The notes under the pieces are model-generated. The model worked only from the letters and a program-made list of their open reading frames with translations, had not been told where the DNA came from and did not search any database. Positions 7,417-16,291 of a stretch of 34,935 bases of DNA are shown here, one piece after another. Source of the stretch: Rhodothermales bacterium (GTDB lineage Bacteria; Bacteroidota; Rhodothermia; Rhodothermales; DATKEJ01); contig DATKEJ010000404.1 in the NCBI GenBank assembly GCA_035512315.1, positions 1-34,935 of the forward strand, written 5' to 3'. Positions within the stretch are counted from its first letter, which is position 1. Each line of letters opens with the position of its first letter. The position numbers and the translations under genes were made by a program.

Positions 7417-9339
7417 CTACTCCGGACCCCGCACTCCGGACTCCGGACGGTTCACTCCTGCTCCCACATGCCTCCCCTGAAACCGCCTCGTCCACACTTC
7501 GACAACGACGCTGATGGCCACGGCAAGCCCGGCGGCCACGGCATTCAGGGGCGAGCCCTCAAACCACGGGGTGGGGAAGGAGAGAAGCAGCAACACGATG
7601 CCGATTCCAAAAGAGAGGCGTCCCGCCAGGCGATAGGACCGGAGCCCGCGGAGGTCCACGTGCTCGGCCTCCGCGTAGGCGGGCGTTCGGAGATCGCGCT
7701 CGAGGCTCTCGATGCTTTCTTTGAACGCCCCTCCGCGCTTGTCGAAGAGCGCTGATCCGAAGAAGAAAGCCGTCGCCGCGCCGATGCCCACGAACGTGTT
7801 CAGCTCGTAACGGGTGAAAGCGACGCCGGCAATCGAAAAGTTGATGTCGCTGAAAAGATCCCCGATCGTCACCGGCAGCCCCAGAGCGACGTTCGCGATC
7901 ACGTCCGCTACGAGGACGCTCACCACCCCGCCTCCGAAAGCCACCATGCCCGACCACCAGGGCGTCCGCGTGAAAATCAGACCCAACATCACCGGGATGA
8001 ACATCGACGGGCTGTAAAGCGAGCTCGCCCTGAGGTATACCGAAAAGGCGCCGCCGTACTTCTCCATGTTGAGCGCGATCCAGATGGCGATCATGCTCAG
8101 CACTAGTACGCTGCTCTTCCCGACGATGAGCTGGATTCGTTCGGTCGGATCCTTCTTCTTGAAATGCTTCACGAGCGGCTTATAGACGTCCTTCGTCAGT
8201 ACCGCCGCCACCCAGTTGAACGTGGTGTCGACCGAGCTCATCGTGGCGGCGAAGATGGCTGCGACCATGATCCCGAGCATCCCGTGCGGAAGAACCGCGA
8301 GCGCGAGTGTCACGAACGCCGCTTCGGTCGGCTCCGACAGCTCGGGCCACATGGAGACGATGTCGGGGAAAAGGATCGGGGTGATCATGACCGGGATGAT
8401 CCACGTCAATGGCAGAACAATGCTCAGCCAGGCGCACCAGGAGGCCATCTTCTTCGTATCTCTCTCATCGGGCACGCTGTAGTATCGCTGCGCAATGTGC
8501 CAGTTAACGTTGTATCCGAGGATGATGTTGATGAAGTAGGCGATCCAGAAGCTCCGGGGTTGGTCGGTGATTTCGATGCTGTAGTAGCCATCAGGAGCAT
8601 CCGTGATCATCCGGCCTACGCCGTCCATGATGCTTCCGTCTCCCAGGAAGCTCAGGGCCACCGGCAGCATGATGAGGGAGATCAGAAAAAGGATTACGAA
8701 CTGGAGTGCATCCGTGACCATCACGGCCCACAGTCCCCCCACCGTCGTGTAGATCGCGATGACGAATCCGGTGACGATCAAGACCAGCTGGAATCCGTTG
8801 ACCTGAGCGACGCCCAGGTCGAACGTCTGCGAACTGAAACCCAGCGCCGTCGAGACGAAGATCGACAGCATGTAGATCATGATCCCGATGATCAGCACAT
8901 TGGGGATCACGGACAGGACTGTGTAGAAATACGTCGTTCCCGGCGAATACCTGCGCTGGAGGAACTGCATCGGCGTGTCGATGCGCGTGCGCCTCCAGAG
9001 CTTCCCGTAAATGAAGTAGCCGAGGTAGTAGGCCGGGAACGCCATCGAGAAGAGGATGAAGGCCGCACCGCCGTTCCGGTACGTGAAGCCCGACGCACCG
9101 ACGAACATGAACGCCGAGAAACCCGAAACGAAGAGCGAAACGGCCGAAAGCCCCCAGGGAATGTATCCGCCGCCCTTGAAGTAGTCCGCCGTCTCCTTGT
9201 TGAACCGCGAGACGTACATGCCGACGCCGATCACCATCAGCATATATAAGCCGACGACGGCGTAGTCGATTTCGTTTAGATGGTGGAGCTCAGGCAAGGG
9301 AATGTTCCAAGTTCCAGGTTCCACGTTCCAGGTTTCCAA
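7417..9339 (-). CDS. Sodium:solute symporter family (SSF) transporter, candidate rhamnose uptake
   Basis: 640 aa with many hydrophobic helices and an SSF-like N-terminus (DYAVVGLYMLMVIGVGMYVSRF, TADYFKGGG). The first 14 codons (METWNVEPGTWNIP) are encoded by an STR array; an in-frame TTG at 9297 is an alternative start. The substrate is inferred only from adjacency to rhaI. Confidence 0.8.
   Translation of the reverse strand: METWNVEPGTWNIPLPELHHLNEIDYAVVGLYMLMVIGVGMYVSRFNKETADYFKGGGYIPWGLSAVSLFVSGFSAFMFVGASGFTYRNGGAAFILFSMAFPAYYLGYFIYGKLWRRTRIDTPMQFLQRRYSPGTTYFYTVLSVIPNVLIIGIMIYMLSIFVSTALGFSSQTFDLGVAQVNGFQLVLIVTGFVIAIYTTVGGLWAVMVTDALQFVILFLISLIMLPVALSFLGDGSIMDGVGRMITDAPDGYYSIEITDQPRSFWIAYFINIILGYNVNWHIAQRYYSVPDERDTKKMASWCAWLSIVLPLTWIIPVMITPILFPDIVSMWPELSEPTEAAFVTLALAVLPHGMLGIMVAAIFAATMSSVDTTFNWVAAVLTKDVYKPLVKHFKKKDPTERIQLIVGKSSVLVLSMIAIWIALNMEKYGGAFSVYLRASSLYSPSMFIPVMLGLIFTRTPWWSGMVAFGGGVVSVLVADVIANVALGLPVTIGDLFSDINFSIAGVAFTRYELNTFVGIGAATAFFFGSALFDKRGGAFKESIESLERDLRTPAYAEAEHVDLRGLRSYRLAGRLSFGIGIVLLLLSFPTPWFEGSPLNAVAAGLAVAISVVVEVWTRRFQGRHVGAGVNRPESGVRGPE
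7420..7449. repeat. Heptamer tandem array (CTCCGGA) x4, one variant unit CCCCGCA
   Basis: Read directly. On the minus strand it encodes the last 9 codons (PESGVRGPE) of the SSF transporter ORF. Confidence 0.85.
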
Positions 9340-9367
9340 GTCGGAGGTTCCAGGTTCCAGGTTTCCA
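9303..9367. repeat. Heptamer tandem array (GGTTCCA) about x9, the reverse complement of the AACCTGG family
   Basis: tgttcca agttcca ggttcca cgttcca ggtttcca agtcgga ggttcca ggttcca ggtttcca. Confidence 0.9.
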
Positions 9368-9452
9368 AACTCGACGCTCCGTCACCTAGCCGGGCTGTTC
9401 GGGGAGGTGGACCGGAATCCAGCTGCAGTAACCGGTCCCTAGAGACTTGGGT

Positions 9453-9483
9453 AACCTGGAACCTGGAACCCGGAACCTGGAAC
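9453..9483. repeat. Heptamer tandem array (AACCTGG) x4.4
   Basis: Read directly. Positions 9453-9470 are the perfect reverse complement of 9346-9363. The array ends 3 nt from the rhaI stop. Confidence 0.9.
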
Positions 9484-9486
9484 AAA

Positions 9487-10770
9487 CTATAGACTTTTCG
9501 GCGGCACATACTCCCCCGACTTCCTCTTCGACGCAAGCTGCTCTCGATATCCCGACTTTCTGAAGATGCCAATCGGATCGACGGCACCGCCTGATCGCTT
9601 CCTTGCCTCGGCGATCAAGGCCGTGACGTCGGTCTCGTACGCAGTTCGTAGGGTTTCCTCGGCCATCAGCACGTCGTTTTCGTCCTGCAGGCTTTCGAGC
9701 GCCACGCGATCGACGATGAGCGCCTTGGCGTAAGCCCGCTGGAGCGCCATGACGCTCTGGAGAAGGGCCTCGATCGGGTCCTTCAGGTTGTGGCTCTGAT
9801 CGAGCATGTACGACGGTTCGAAACCGGGCGCTTGATGATAGGCCGCGTCGACCAGTTCGTTGAACACGAGGAAGAGCTGGAATGGATGGATCGATCCCGT
9901 CGTCAGGTCGTCGTCCCCATACTTGCTGTCGTTGAAATGGAAGCCGCCGAGCTTGCCGGCACTCACGAGCCGCGCCACGACCAGCTCGATGTTCGTGTTC
10001 GGAAGGTGATGGCCCAGATCCACGAGGCATTTCGCCCGCTCACCGAGTTGTGTCGCAAGCAGGTACGACGATCCCCAGTCCTGCACGACCGTGGCGTAAA
10101 ACGCCGGCTCGTAAGGTTTGTGTTCGGTAAAGAGCATCCAGTCGGCCGGGAGCTGCTGGTAAATCTCCCGAAGGGCCGATAGCGTCCGATCGAAGCTCTT
10201 CCTCAAGTGCATCTGACCGGGAAAGTTGCTTCCGTCGGCCAGCCAGATCGTGATGGCTTTGGATCCGAGCGTCTTGCCGACCTCAATCACATGCAGGTTG
10301 TGATCGATGGCATGGCGGCGAACGCCGAAATCTGTGTGGCACAGCGATCCGAACTTGTAGCTCACGGACTGGCCCGCCTGATCCTGAAAGGTGTTGGAGT
10401 TGACGGCATCGAACCCCAGTCCCAAATTTGAAGCGTGTGCAAGCAGGTCCGTTGGGTCGTCGGGCTCGTCCCAGGGGATGTGAAGGGAAACCGTAGGCGC
10501 CGAGCGCGTCAGTTGTTGGATGACGGCGATGTCCTCCATTTTCTCGTACACGTCGCCCGGCTCTCCCGGACCGGGATAGCGTCCGAACCGGGTACCTCCC
10601 GTTCCGAGCGCCCAGGAGGGGATCGCGCACGCGAAGTCTTGCACTCCGGCGATGACTCGTTCGATGTCGACGCCGCGCCGGTGGAGCTGGTCTCTCAGCC
10701 CGGAAAGGGCGCTTTCATGGGCGTCTGAACGATCCTGATTGTGGTTTTTTATTTGATCGGAGTCGAGCAT
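9487..10770 (-). CDS. rhaI: L-rhamnose isomerase, xylose-isomerase-like TIM-barrel type (Pseudomonas stutzeri RhaI type)
   Basis: Contains RRGVDIERV, IPSWALGTGGTRFGRYPGPGEP and SLHIPWD. The internal ATG at 10770 (MLDSDQIK) is preferred over the listed 10863, giving about 428 aa. Context with rhaB and rhaEW supports the call. Confidence 0.8.
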   Translation of the reverse strand: MLDSDQIKNHNQDRSDAHESALSGLRDQLHRRGVDIERVIAGVQDFACAIPSWALGTGGTRFGRYPGPGEPGDVYEKMEDIAVIQQLTRSAPTVSLHIPWDEPDDPTDLLAHASNLGLGFDAVNSNTFQDQAGQSVSYKFGSLCHTDFGVRRHAIDHNLHVIEVGKTLGSKAITIWLADGSNFPGQMHLRKSFDRTLSALREIYQQLPADWMLFTEHKPYEPAFYATVVQDWGSSYLLATQLGERAKCLVDLGHHLPNTNIELVVARLVSAGKLGGFHFNDSKYGDDDLTTGSIHPFQLFLVFNELVDAAYHQAPGFEPSYMLDQSHNLKDPIEALLQSVMALQRAYAKALIVDRVALESLQDENDVLMAEETLRTAYETDVTALIAEARKRSGGAVDPIGIFRKSGYREQLASKRKSGEYVPPKSL

Positions 10771-10887
10771 GATATCCAAAAAGTTGTCGAAAGCACTTTT
10801 ATGGCAAAGAAATACGGAATTTATCGTTCGCGGGGTAAACGTAACGAACCCGGGGATGAACAATGAGTAAGTTTCCCTCCTGAACGG

Positions 10888-10920
10888 TAAACGAGAAACG
10901 CTACGCTAAACGCTAAACGA
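10888..10920. repeat. Heptamer tandem array (TAAACGC family), partly degenerate
   Basis: taaacga gaaacgc tacgc taaacgc taaacga. Confidence 0.8.
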
Positions 10921-10929
10921 GCCTGTTCC

Positions 10930-10996
10930 GTAGGGGCAGGCCAAAGCACGATGCCTCGACTCGTTTCTAAAGACTTCGGTGGCGTCGGCCTGCCCG
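10930..10996 (+). repeat. Hairpin-bounded dispersed element, copy B (67 bp)
   Basis: Termini are GTAGGGGCAGGCCAAAGC and GTGGCGTCGGCCTGCCCG. A degenerate second left end lies at about 11019-11045. Confidence 0.85.
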
Positions 10997-11080
10997 GCGA
11001 GGGGCGCAAGCAGCCGAACCTTCCGGGGCAGGGGAAAAGTGCGGCGAGTGAATTGACGGTGCACCGGGCTTCGGTCCTGT

Positions 11081-11111
11081 AACCTGGAACCTGGAACCTG
11101 GAACCTTGAAC
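11081..11111. repeat. Heptamer tandem array (AACCTGG) x4.4
   Basis: aacctgg aacctgg aacctgg aaccttg aac. The rhaB TTG start (11106-11108) is the end of unit 4. Confidence 0.9.
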
Positions 11112-12506
11112 TCATACATAGCCGTCGATCTCGGCGCCTCGAACGGGCGCATAATCGTCGGCCGTCTCGACGGCGACTCGATCGCTCTGGAGGAGGCCTA
11201 CCGGTTCTCGACTCCGTCGATTGAGACGGACGGGCACCTCCGGTGGGACCTCGACGCGCTGACTGCGGGCATCAAGGAAGGTGTCGACCGGGCGATCCGA
11301 ACGGCGCCGGAGGCGAAAAGCGTCTCGGTGGATTCGTGGGCCGTCGACTACGTGAACCTCGACTCGAAGGGCCGGCCGCTCGGACGTCCGTACTGCTACC
11401 GCGATCCCCGCAACGAGGGTATGATCGATCAGGCCTTTCGCACGATTTCCCGCGAGCGTCTTTACGAGATCACGGGAATCCAGTACCTGCCGTTCAACAC
11501 GCTCTTCCAGATTCTGGCCGACCAGGCGTACGAGCCCGACGGCCAACAGGATGTGAGCAATCGGCTGCTGATCGCTGACTATTTCAATCACATCCTCGGC
11601 GGTCGCCCCGTCATCGATCTGTCCATGGCGAGCACGACGCACATGGTGGATGCCCGCACGCAGGACTGGTCGGACGAGATTCTCGCCGCTTTCGGAATCG
11701 GCCGATCGACGCTTCCCGAGATCGTGCCCTCCGGAACGGTAATCGGTGAAAGCGCCGACCATCCGGGATTCAAGGTCATCGCGACCTGTTCGCACGACAC
11801 GGGAGCCGCGGTTACGGCCGTGCCGGCGGACGAAGACACGTCCGACTGGGCTTACATCAGCAGCGGTACGTGGTCGTTGATCGGGCTCGAGCTCGAAGAC
11901 CCGATCCTCTCGATGGAGGCGATGAAGGCAGGTTTTACGAATGAGATCGGCCTCGACGGGCGGATCAGATTCCTGAAAAACCTCTCCGGACTGTGGATTC
12001 TCCAGGAGTGCTTGCGAGAGTGGCGCACGACCCGGCCCGGGCTTTCGTGGGCCGAGCTCGCGGAACAAGCGACGGCCGTAGATGTGGGAACACATCGTAT
12101 AGACGTCGACGATCCCCGGTTCATGGCCCCCGGCGGTATGCTCGCCCGGCTGAGCGCGTATTGCGCAGAAGTCGACATTCCGTTCCCGGCTGAGCCGGGT
12201 CCTGTCGCCAGGCTCCTTCTGGAAAGTCTCGCCTCGGCATACGCCGACGCCGCGAATCTCGTGGAGCAGGTATCGGGGCGACAAATTGAGGTGCTCCACA
12301 TCGTCGGTGGAGGCGCTCAGAACGAACTTCTATGTCAGTTGGCAGCGAACGCAACCGGCTGCCGGGTAACGGCGGGACCTGTTGAGGCCACCGCCATCGG
12401 GAATTTGCTGGTGCAGGCTCGAACGCTTGGCGACCTCCCGCACGGAGTGTCGATCCGCGAGGTCGTGCGTCGATCGTTTGCACCGAAAACCTACAATCCG
12501 CAATAG
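11106..12506 (+). CDS. rhaB: Rhamnulokinase (FGGY family)
   Basis: 466 aa. The N-terminus YIAVDLGASNGRIIVG matches the FGGY/RhaB phosphate-1 motif. Context with rhaI and rhaEW supports the call. TTG start. Confidence 0.85.
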   Translation: MNSYIAVDLGASNGRIIVGRLDGDSIALEEAYRFSTPSIETDGHLRWDLDALTAGIKEGVDRAIRTAPEAKSVSVDSWAVDYVNLDSKGRPLGRPYCYRDPRNEGMIDQAFRTISRERLYEITGIQYLPFNTLFQILADQAYEPDGQQDVSNRLLIADYFNHILGGRPVIDLSMASTTHMVDARTQDWSDEILAAFGIGRSTLPEIVPSGTVIGESADHPGFKVIATCSHDTGAAVTAVPADEDTSDWAYISSGTWSLIGLELEDPILSMEAMKAGFTNEIGLDGRIRFLKNLSGLWILQECLREWRTTRPGLSWAELAEQATAVDVGTHRIDVDDPRFMAPGGMLARLSAYCAEVDIPFPAEPGPVARLLLESLASAYADAANLVEQVSGRQIEVLHIVGGGAQNELLCQLAANATGCRVTAGPVEATAIGNLLVQARTLGDLPHGVSIREVVRRSFAPKTYNPQ

Positions 12507-12512
12507 ACTACA

Positions 12513-14690
12513 ATGACCTATAGACATGTAAAGGACGGCTGGAACGATGCCGTCGCAGATCAGCTCACCCCGCTCGACCGCCTGGTGTACCGTTCGAACC
12601 TGCTCGGTTCCGACTGGCGCATCACGAACACGGGCGGCGGCAATACATCCTCCAAGCTGATGGAGACCGACCCGGTAACGGGCGAGGAAGTGGAAGTGCT
12701 CTGGGTCAAGGGGTCCGGGGGAGATTTGAGGACGGCGAAGCGGGCCAACTTTTCATCACTCTACCAGGACAAGCTGATCAGCCTTCAACAGGTGTACGAT
12801 TCCTTCGATGAGAAAGGACCGAAGACGCCCGCCGAGGATGCAATGGTGGGGATGTACAAGCATTGCACGTTCAATCTGAACCCGCGGGCTCCCTCCATCG
12901 ACACGCCGCTTCATAGCTTCGTGCCGTTCAAGTTCGTGGATCACACCCATCCCGTATCCTGCATCGCAATTGCGACCGCGGCAGACGGTCCGGAGCTGAC
13001 CAAGGAGATCTTCGGCGACGATGTGATTTGGGTCGACTGGCTCAGACCGGGTTTCGAGCTCGGCCTCAAGCTTCAGGAGGTCTGCGAGAAGTACCCCAAT
13101 GCCAAGGGAGTGATCCTTGGGGCGCACGGGCTCATCAACTGGGCCGACGACGACAAGGAGTGCTACTATCTCTCGCTCGACTTGATCGAGAAGGCGGCGA
13201 TCTTTCTCGAGGAACGTATGTCCGGAATCAAGATCTTTGGGGGTGCCCGGTACCAAACGCTCAATGAGAGCAGACGCGCCGAGGTTCTCTCCGAGATGCT
13301 TCCGTGGTTGCGCGGCGAGGTCAGCCGCGATCAGAAAATGATCGGCACGGTTCAGACGGATGAAGACACGCTCGAGTTCGTCAACTCGGTGGACGCCCCG
13401 CGGCTGGCTGAACTGGGAACGTCATGTCCCGATCACTTCCTCAGGACCAAGATCAAGCCGCTTTTTGCAGACTGGAATCCCGCGTCTGGTGATCTTGGCT
13501 CGCTTAAGAAATTGCTCGCTGCCGGCATAGAGCAGTACAGGTCGGATTACGCCGACTACTACGAGCAGTGCAAGCACGAAAACTCGCCGGCGCGTCGTCA
13601 GTCGAATCCGACGGTGGTCTTGATCCCGGGTATCGGGATGATCACGTGGGGTAAGACGAAGAGCGAGTCACGCGTGACGGCCGAGTTCTTCAAAGCGGCC
13701 ACGGCCGTAATGCGCTATTCCGACACGGTGTCGACGTACCAGGCGCTTCCCCGACAGGAGGCCTTCGACATCGAGTACTGGCTGCTCGAAGAGGCGAAGC
13801 TCAAGCGAATGCCCCCCGAAAAAGAACTCTCGCGAGAGATCGTTGCCGTTGTCGGCGCAGGGAGCGGCATCGGCAAGGAGGTTGTCGAGCGGCTGCTGGT
13901 CGAAGGCGCCACGGTCGCTGCGCTCGACGTAAAGCGCGAGTCCGCCGAAGAAACGGCGCGCGACAACATCGCCCGGATCGGTATGGGTATCGGTATAGCC
14001 GGGTCAGGGATTAGCGGCTCCGGTGATGTGGTTGGAATCGGAGTCGATATTACCGACCGGGCTTCGGTCAGGCATGCACTCAATCAGATCGTGTTGGCGT
14101 ACGGCGGCCTTGACAGCGTCGTGGTGACGGCCGGCCTCTACGTGTCGCCCGACACGAACGGGCACATTCCAGACCAGGGATGGTCCGACAGCTTTGCCGT
14201 GAATACGATCGGCCCGTACGTGGTCGCAGACGAGGCGAAAAAGATCTGGAAGAAGCAGGATTTGGAGGGTGCACTCGTGATCACGACGTCCGTCAACGGC
14301 GTCGTTGCGAAACGCGGCAGTTTTGCCTACGACGCCAGCAAGGCCGCAACGAATCACCTCGTCCGCGAGCTCGCAATTGATCTGGCGCCCCGCATCCGCG
14401 TCAACGCCGTGGCGCCGGCAACCGTCGTGGCCGGCAGCTCGATGTTCCCGCGGGATCGCGTCATGGCGTCGCTCTCGAAATACGGGCTGGAGTATTCAGA
14501 GGATGAGGAAACGGAGGCGTTGCGCGATCGGCTGGCAGGGTTCTACGCCGAGCGGACGCTGACGAAGAAACCAATTACACCGCAGGATCAGGCGGAGGCC
14601 ATATTTCTCCTCGTCAGCGATCGCCTCGGAAAGACGACCGGACAGGTGATCGCCGTCGACGGCGGCCTGACCGAAGCGTTTTTGCGATAG
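12513..14690 (+). CDS. rhaEW: Bifunctional rhamnulose-1-phosphate aldolase / short-chain dehydrogenase (RhaEW type)
   Basis: 725 aa. N-terminal class II aldolase/adducin-like half (NTGGGNTSSKL, VDHTHP) and C-terminal SDR half (VVGAGSGIGKE, YDASKAA). Starts 6 nt after rhaB. Confidence 0.85.
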   Translation: MTYRHVKDGWNDAVADQLTPLDRLVYRSNLLGSDWRITNTGGGNTSSKLMETDPVTGEEVEVLWVKGSGGDLRTAKRANFSSLYQDKLISLQQVYDSFDEKGPKTPAEDAMVGMYKHCTFNLNPRAPSIDTPLHSFVPFKFVDHTHPVSCIAIATAADGPELTKEIFGDDVIWVDWLRPGFELGLKLQEVCEKYPNAKGVILGAHGLINWADDDKECYYLSLDLIEKAAIFLEERMSGIKIFGGARYQTLNESRRAEVLSEMLPWLRGEVSRDQKMIGTVQTDEDTLEFVNSVDAPRLAELGTSCPDHFLRTKIKPLFADWNPASGDLGSLKKLLAAGIEQYRSDYADYYEQCKHENSPARRQSNPTVVLIPGIGMITWGKTKSESRVTAEFFKAATAVMRYSDTVSTYQALPRQEAFDIEYWLLEEAKLKRMPPEKELSREIVAVVGAGSGIGKEVVERLLVEGATVAALDVKRESAEETARDNIARIGMGIGIAGSGISGSGDVVGIGVDITDRASVRHALNQIVLAYGGLDSVVVTAGLYVSPDTNGHIPDQGWSDSFAVNTIGPYVVADEAKKIWKKQDLEGALVITTSVNGVVAKRGSFAYDASKAATNHLVRELAIDLAPRIRVNAVAPATVVAGSSMFPRDRVMASLSKYGLEYSEDEETEALRDRLAGFYAERTLTKKPITPQDQAEAIFLLVSDRLGKTTGQVIAVDGGLTEAFLR

Positions 14691-14706
14691 ACATAGGGAT
14701 ACGACC

Positions 14707-15579
14707 ATGAAGCCCTTCAGTACCGTCGAGGTGCCCGTAATGTCCGTCAATGGCGACGGCAGCGCGACGCGCCTCGACGTCCTGGCGGTCGAGGAGCCGC
14801 TGGAGATCCGGATCATCCACCCCTCGACGGGGGAGACGACTATTTCAGTCACGATGCGGACTCCCGGCAGCGACGCGGAGCTGGCGATCGGGTTCTTGTA
14901 CGGGGAGGGGATCATTCGATCATTGGAGGATGTGCTTCGCGCCGGCAAGCGGGTCCGGGCCGCCTGCGGGAAGGAGAACATCGTGGTAATCGAGCTGGCG
15001 GAGTCGTGCAGCCCCGATCTCGGGAAACTGACGCGTCACTTTTACACGACGTCGTCGTGCGGCGTCTGCGGAAAGGCATCCATCGAGGCGATCGAGGTGC
15101 TGCCCGTCGAAGAGCTTCCGGTCGGCGATCTGAGGCTGAAGGCGGAAACCATCCACGAGTTCCCCGCCCGGATCGAAGCTTCGCAGGCATTGTTCGAACG
15201 CACGGGCGGACTCCACGCCGCGGCGCTGTTCACGTTCGACGGAGACCTGATCGAACTTCGCGAGGACGTCGGGCGGCACAACGCCATGGACAAGCTGATC
15301 GGATCACTGGTACGAAAGGGCGAGCTGCCGGCATCCGAGCGGATCATCATGGTCAGCGGCCGCGCGAGTTTCGAGCTGGTGCAGAAGGTCGTGATGGCGG
15401 GAGTTCCGGTCCTGGCCGCCGTCGGCGCGCCGTCGAGCCTTGCCGTGGAGCTCGCCTCGAGATTCGGGATCACGCTCATCGGATTCGTGCGTGACCGTCG
15501 GTTTAACGTGTACACTAAACCGATAAGGATCAGCGAGTTGGCGAAACAATTTGGGCCGCCGACGAAAGGGACGTGTTGA
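14707..15579 (+). CDS. fdhD: Formate dehydrogenase accessory sulfurtransferase FdhD
   Basis: 290 aa. Motifs SSCGVCGK, GGLHAAALF and DVGRHNAMDKLIG. Confidence 0.9.
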   Translation: MKPFSTVEVPVMSVNGDGSATRLDVLAVEEPLEIRIIHPSTGETTISVTMRTPGSDAELAIGFLYGEGIIRSLEDVLRAGKRVRAACGKENIVVIELAESCSPDLGKLTRHFYTTSSCGVCGKASIEAIEVLPVEELPVGDLRLKAETIHEFPARIEASQALFERTGGLHAAALFTFDGDLIELREDVGRHNAMDKLIGSLVRKGELPASERIIMVSGRASFELVQKVVMAGVPVLAAVGAPSSLAVELASRFGITLIGFVRDRRFNVYTKPIRISELAKQFGPPTKGTC

Positions 15580-15585
15580 ATTCTT

Positions 15586-15616
15586 GTACTAGGTACTTGG
15601 TACTTGGTACTTGGTA
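15586..15616. repeat. Heptamer tandem array (GTACTTG) x4.4
   Basis: gtactag gtacttg gtacttg gtacttg gta. Starts 6 nt after the fdhD stop. Confidence 0.9.
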
Positions 15617-15825
15617 AGGGTCCGTCGCGGGCAACGGCGTCTGTCCCCCTTCGGAGGGGCGGCTGAGTCCCGAACGGATCGACCGCGATTGGGATAGCGA
15701 GTCGGGGACGAAGCCGGGGGCTTGCCCCTCGAAGCGCAAGGGTGAAGAGGGGTCGTCCAGTCCCTCAATCGACTCGCGTCGTCGAATCCCTCGATCTGAT
15801 CCGGTCGGCTAATGCGCGGACAGTC

Positions 15826-15847
15826 ACCCCGGGCTTCAGCCCGGGGT
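15826..15847. repeat. GC-rich hairpin ACCCCGGGC-TTCA-GCCCGGGGT
   Basis: 9-bp perfect stem. It shares the core GGGCTTCAGCCC with the hairpin at 15874-15891. Confidence 0.7.
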
Positions 15848-15859
15848 TGGCGGGACGAC

Positions 15860-15895
15860 AATAAAACCTCCGAGCAGGGCTTCAGCCCTGCGAGG
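15860..15895 (-). terminator. Candidate intrinsic terminator for the minus-strand CTD transcript
   Basis: The minus strand reads CCTCGCAGGGC-TGAA-GCCCTGC(TC)GGAGG followed by TTTTATT. It lies 80 nt downstream of the stop at 15975. Confidence 0.45.
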
Positions 15896-15974
15896 GCCCG
15901 TTCAGGGCGGCTCCACCTTCTTCAATCTCGAGAGCAGCTCCTTGATTCATTCGCCGCAAGACCTGCAAGACGGC

Positions 15975-16291
15975 CTAGGGAGTCAAGAGGATGACACCGG
16001 TCTGTTCGGTCGATGAGGTCGAAATCCTGTACAAATAGCGACCTCCAGAAAGACCGGCGCCATCGATGGTGACATTGCGTCGACCGGGTGGCAACATACC
16101 CGTCGTGTAGTCCCGGACCAGCCGACCCGAGAGATCGTAAAGTCGCACCGAAACAGGCTCATCGCGAGCCAGCGTCACACCCACTATGGACAACCCGGAG
16201 GTTGGATTTGGAAATGGACTGCCTTGGTCTTGGCGATCGCCTCTACGACAAGGATAAAGAGTGCGGCCCACAAACGGCCTCGTAGCATCAT
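15975..16291 (-). pseudogene. Frame-split mini gene: signal peptide (16184-16291) plus T9SS C-terminal sorting domain (15975-16271)
   Basis: ATG at 16291 opens MMLRGRLWAALFILVVEAIAKTK and stops after 35 codons. The -1 frame carries SPFPNPTSGLSIVGV, VRLYDLSGRLV, LSGGRYLYRI and GVILL, a T9SS type-A CTD pattern. An assembly indel cannot be excluded. Confidence 0.55.

Noticed and set aside
9276-11152. Small ORFs translated from repeats, such as 9276-9587, 9280-9492, 10906-11115 and 10967-11152 (and likewise 26073-26477 and 26199-26483)
   Set aside because: Their sequences are periodic translations of STR arrays or dispersed elements (FQVPGSRFQV, TWNLEPGTWN, NVKRQTSNVKR). There is no independent coding evidence.
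13978-14045. Gly/Ile/Ser-rich low-complexity stretch (IGMGIGIAGSGISGSGDVVGIGV) with an NGGTAT hexamer x3 in the SDR half of rhaEW
   Set aside because: The period is 6 and in frame, unlike the intergenic 7/8-nt arrays. It is probably a lineage-specific surface loop. It cannot be judged without an alignment.
15782-15789. tRNA-like TCGAATCC T-loop word in the fdhD-downstream gap
   Set aside because: No acceptor, anticodon or D-arm pairing could be built around it. No tRNA is supportable anywhere in the window.
16184-16240. Programmed -1 ribosomal frameshift joining the signal peptide to the T9SS CTD
   Set aside because: There is no X_XXY_YYZ slippery heptamer and no obvious downstream pseudoknot in the overlap. 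A mutation or an assembly indel is the simpler explanation.
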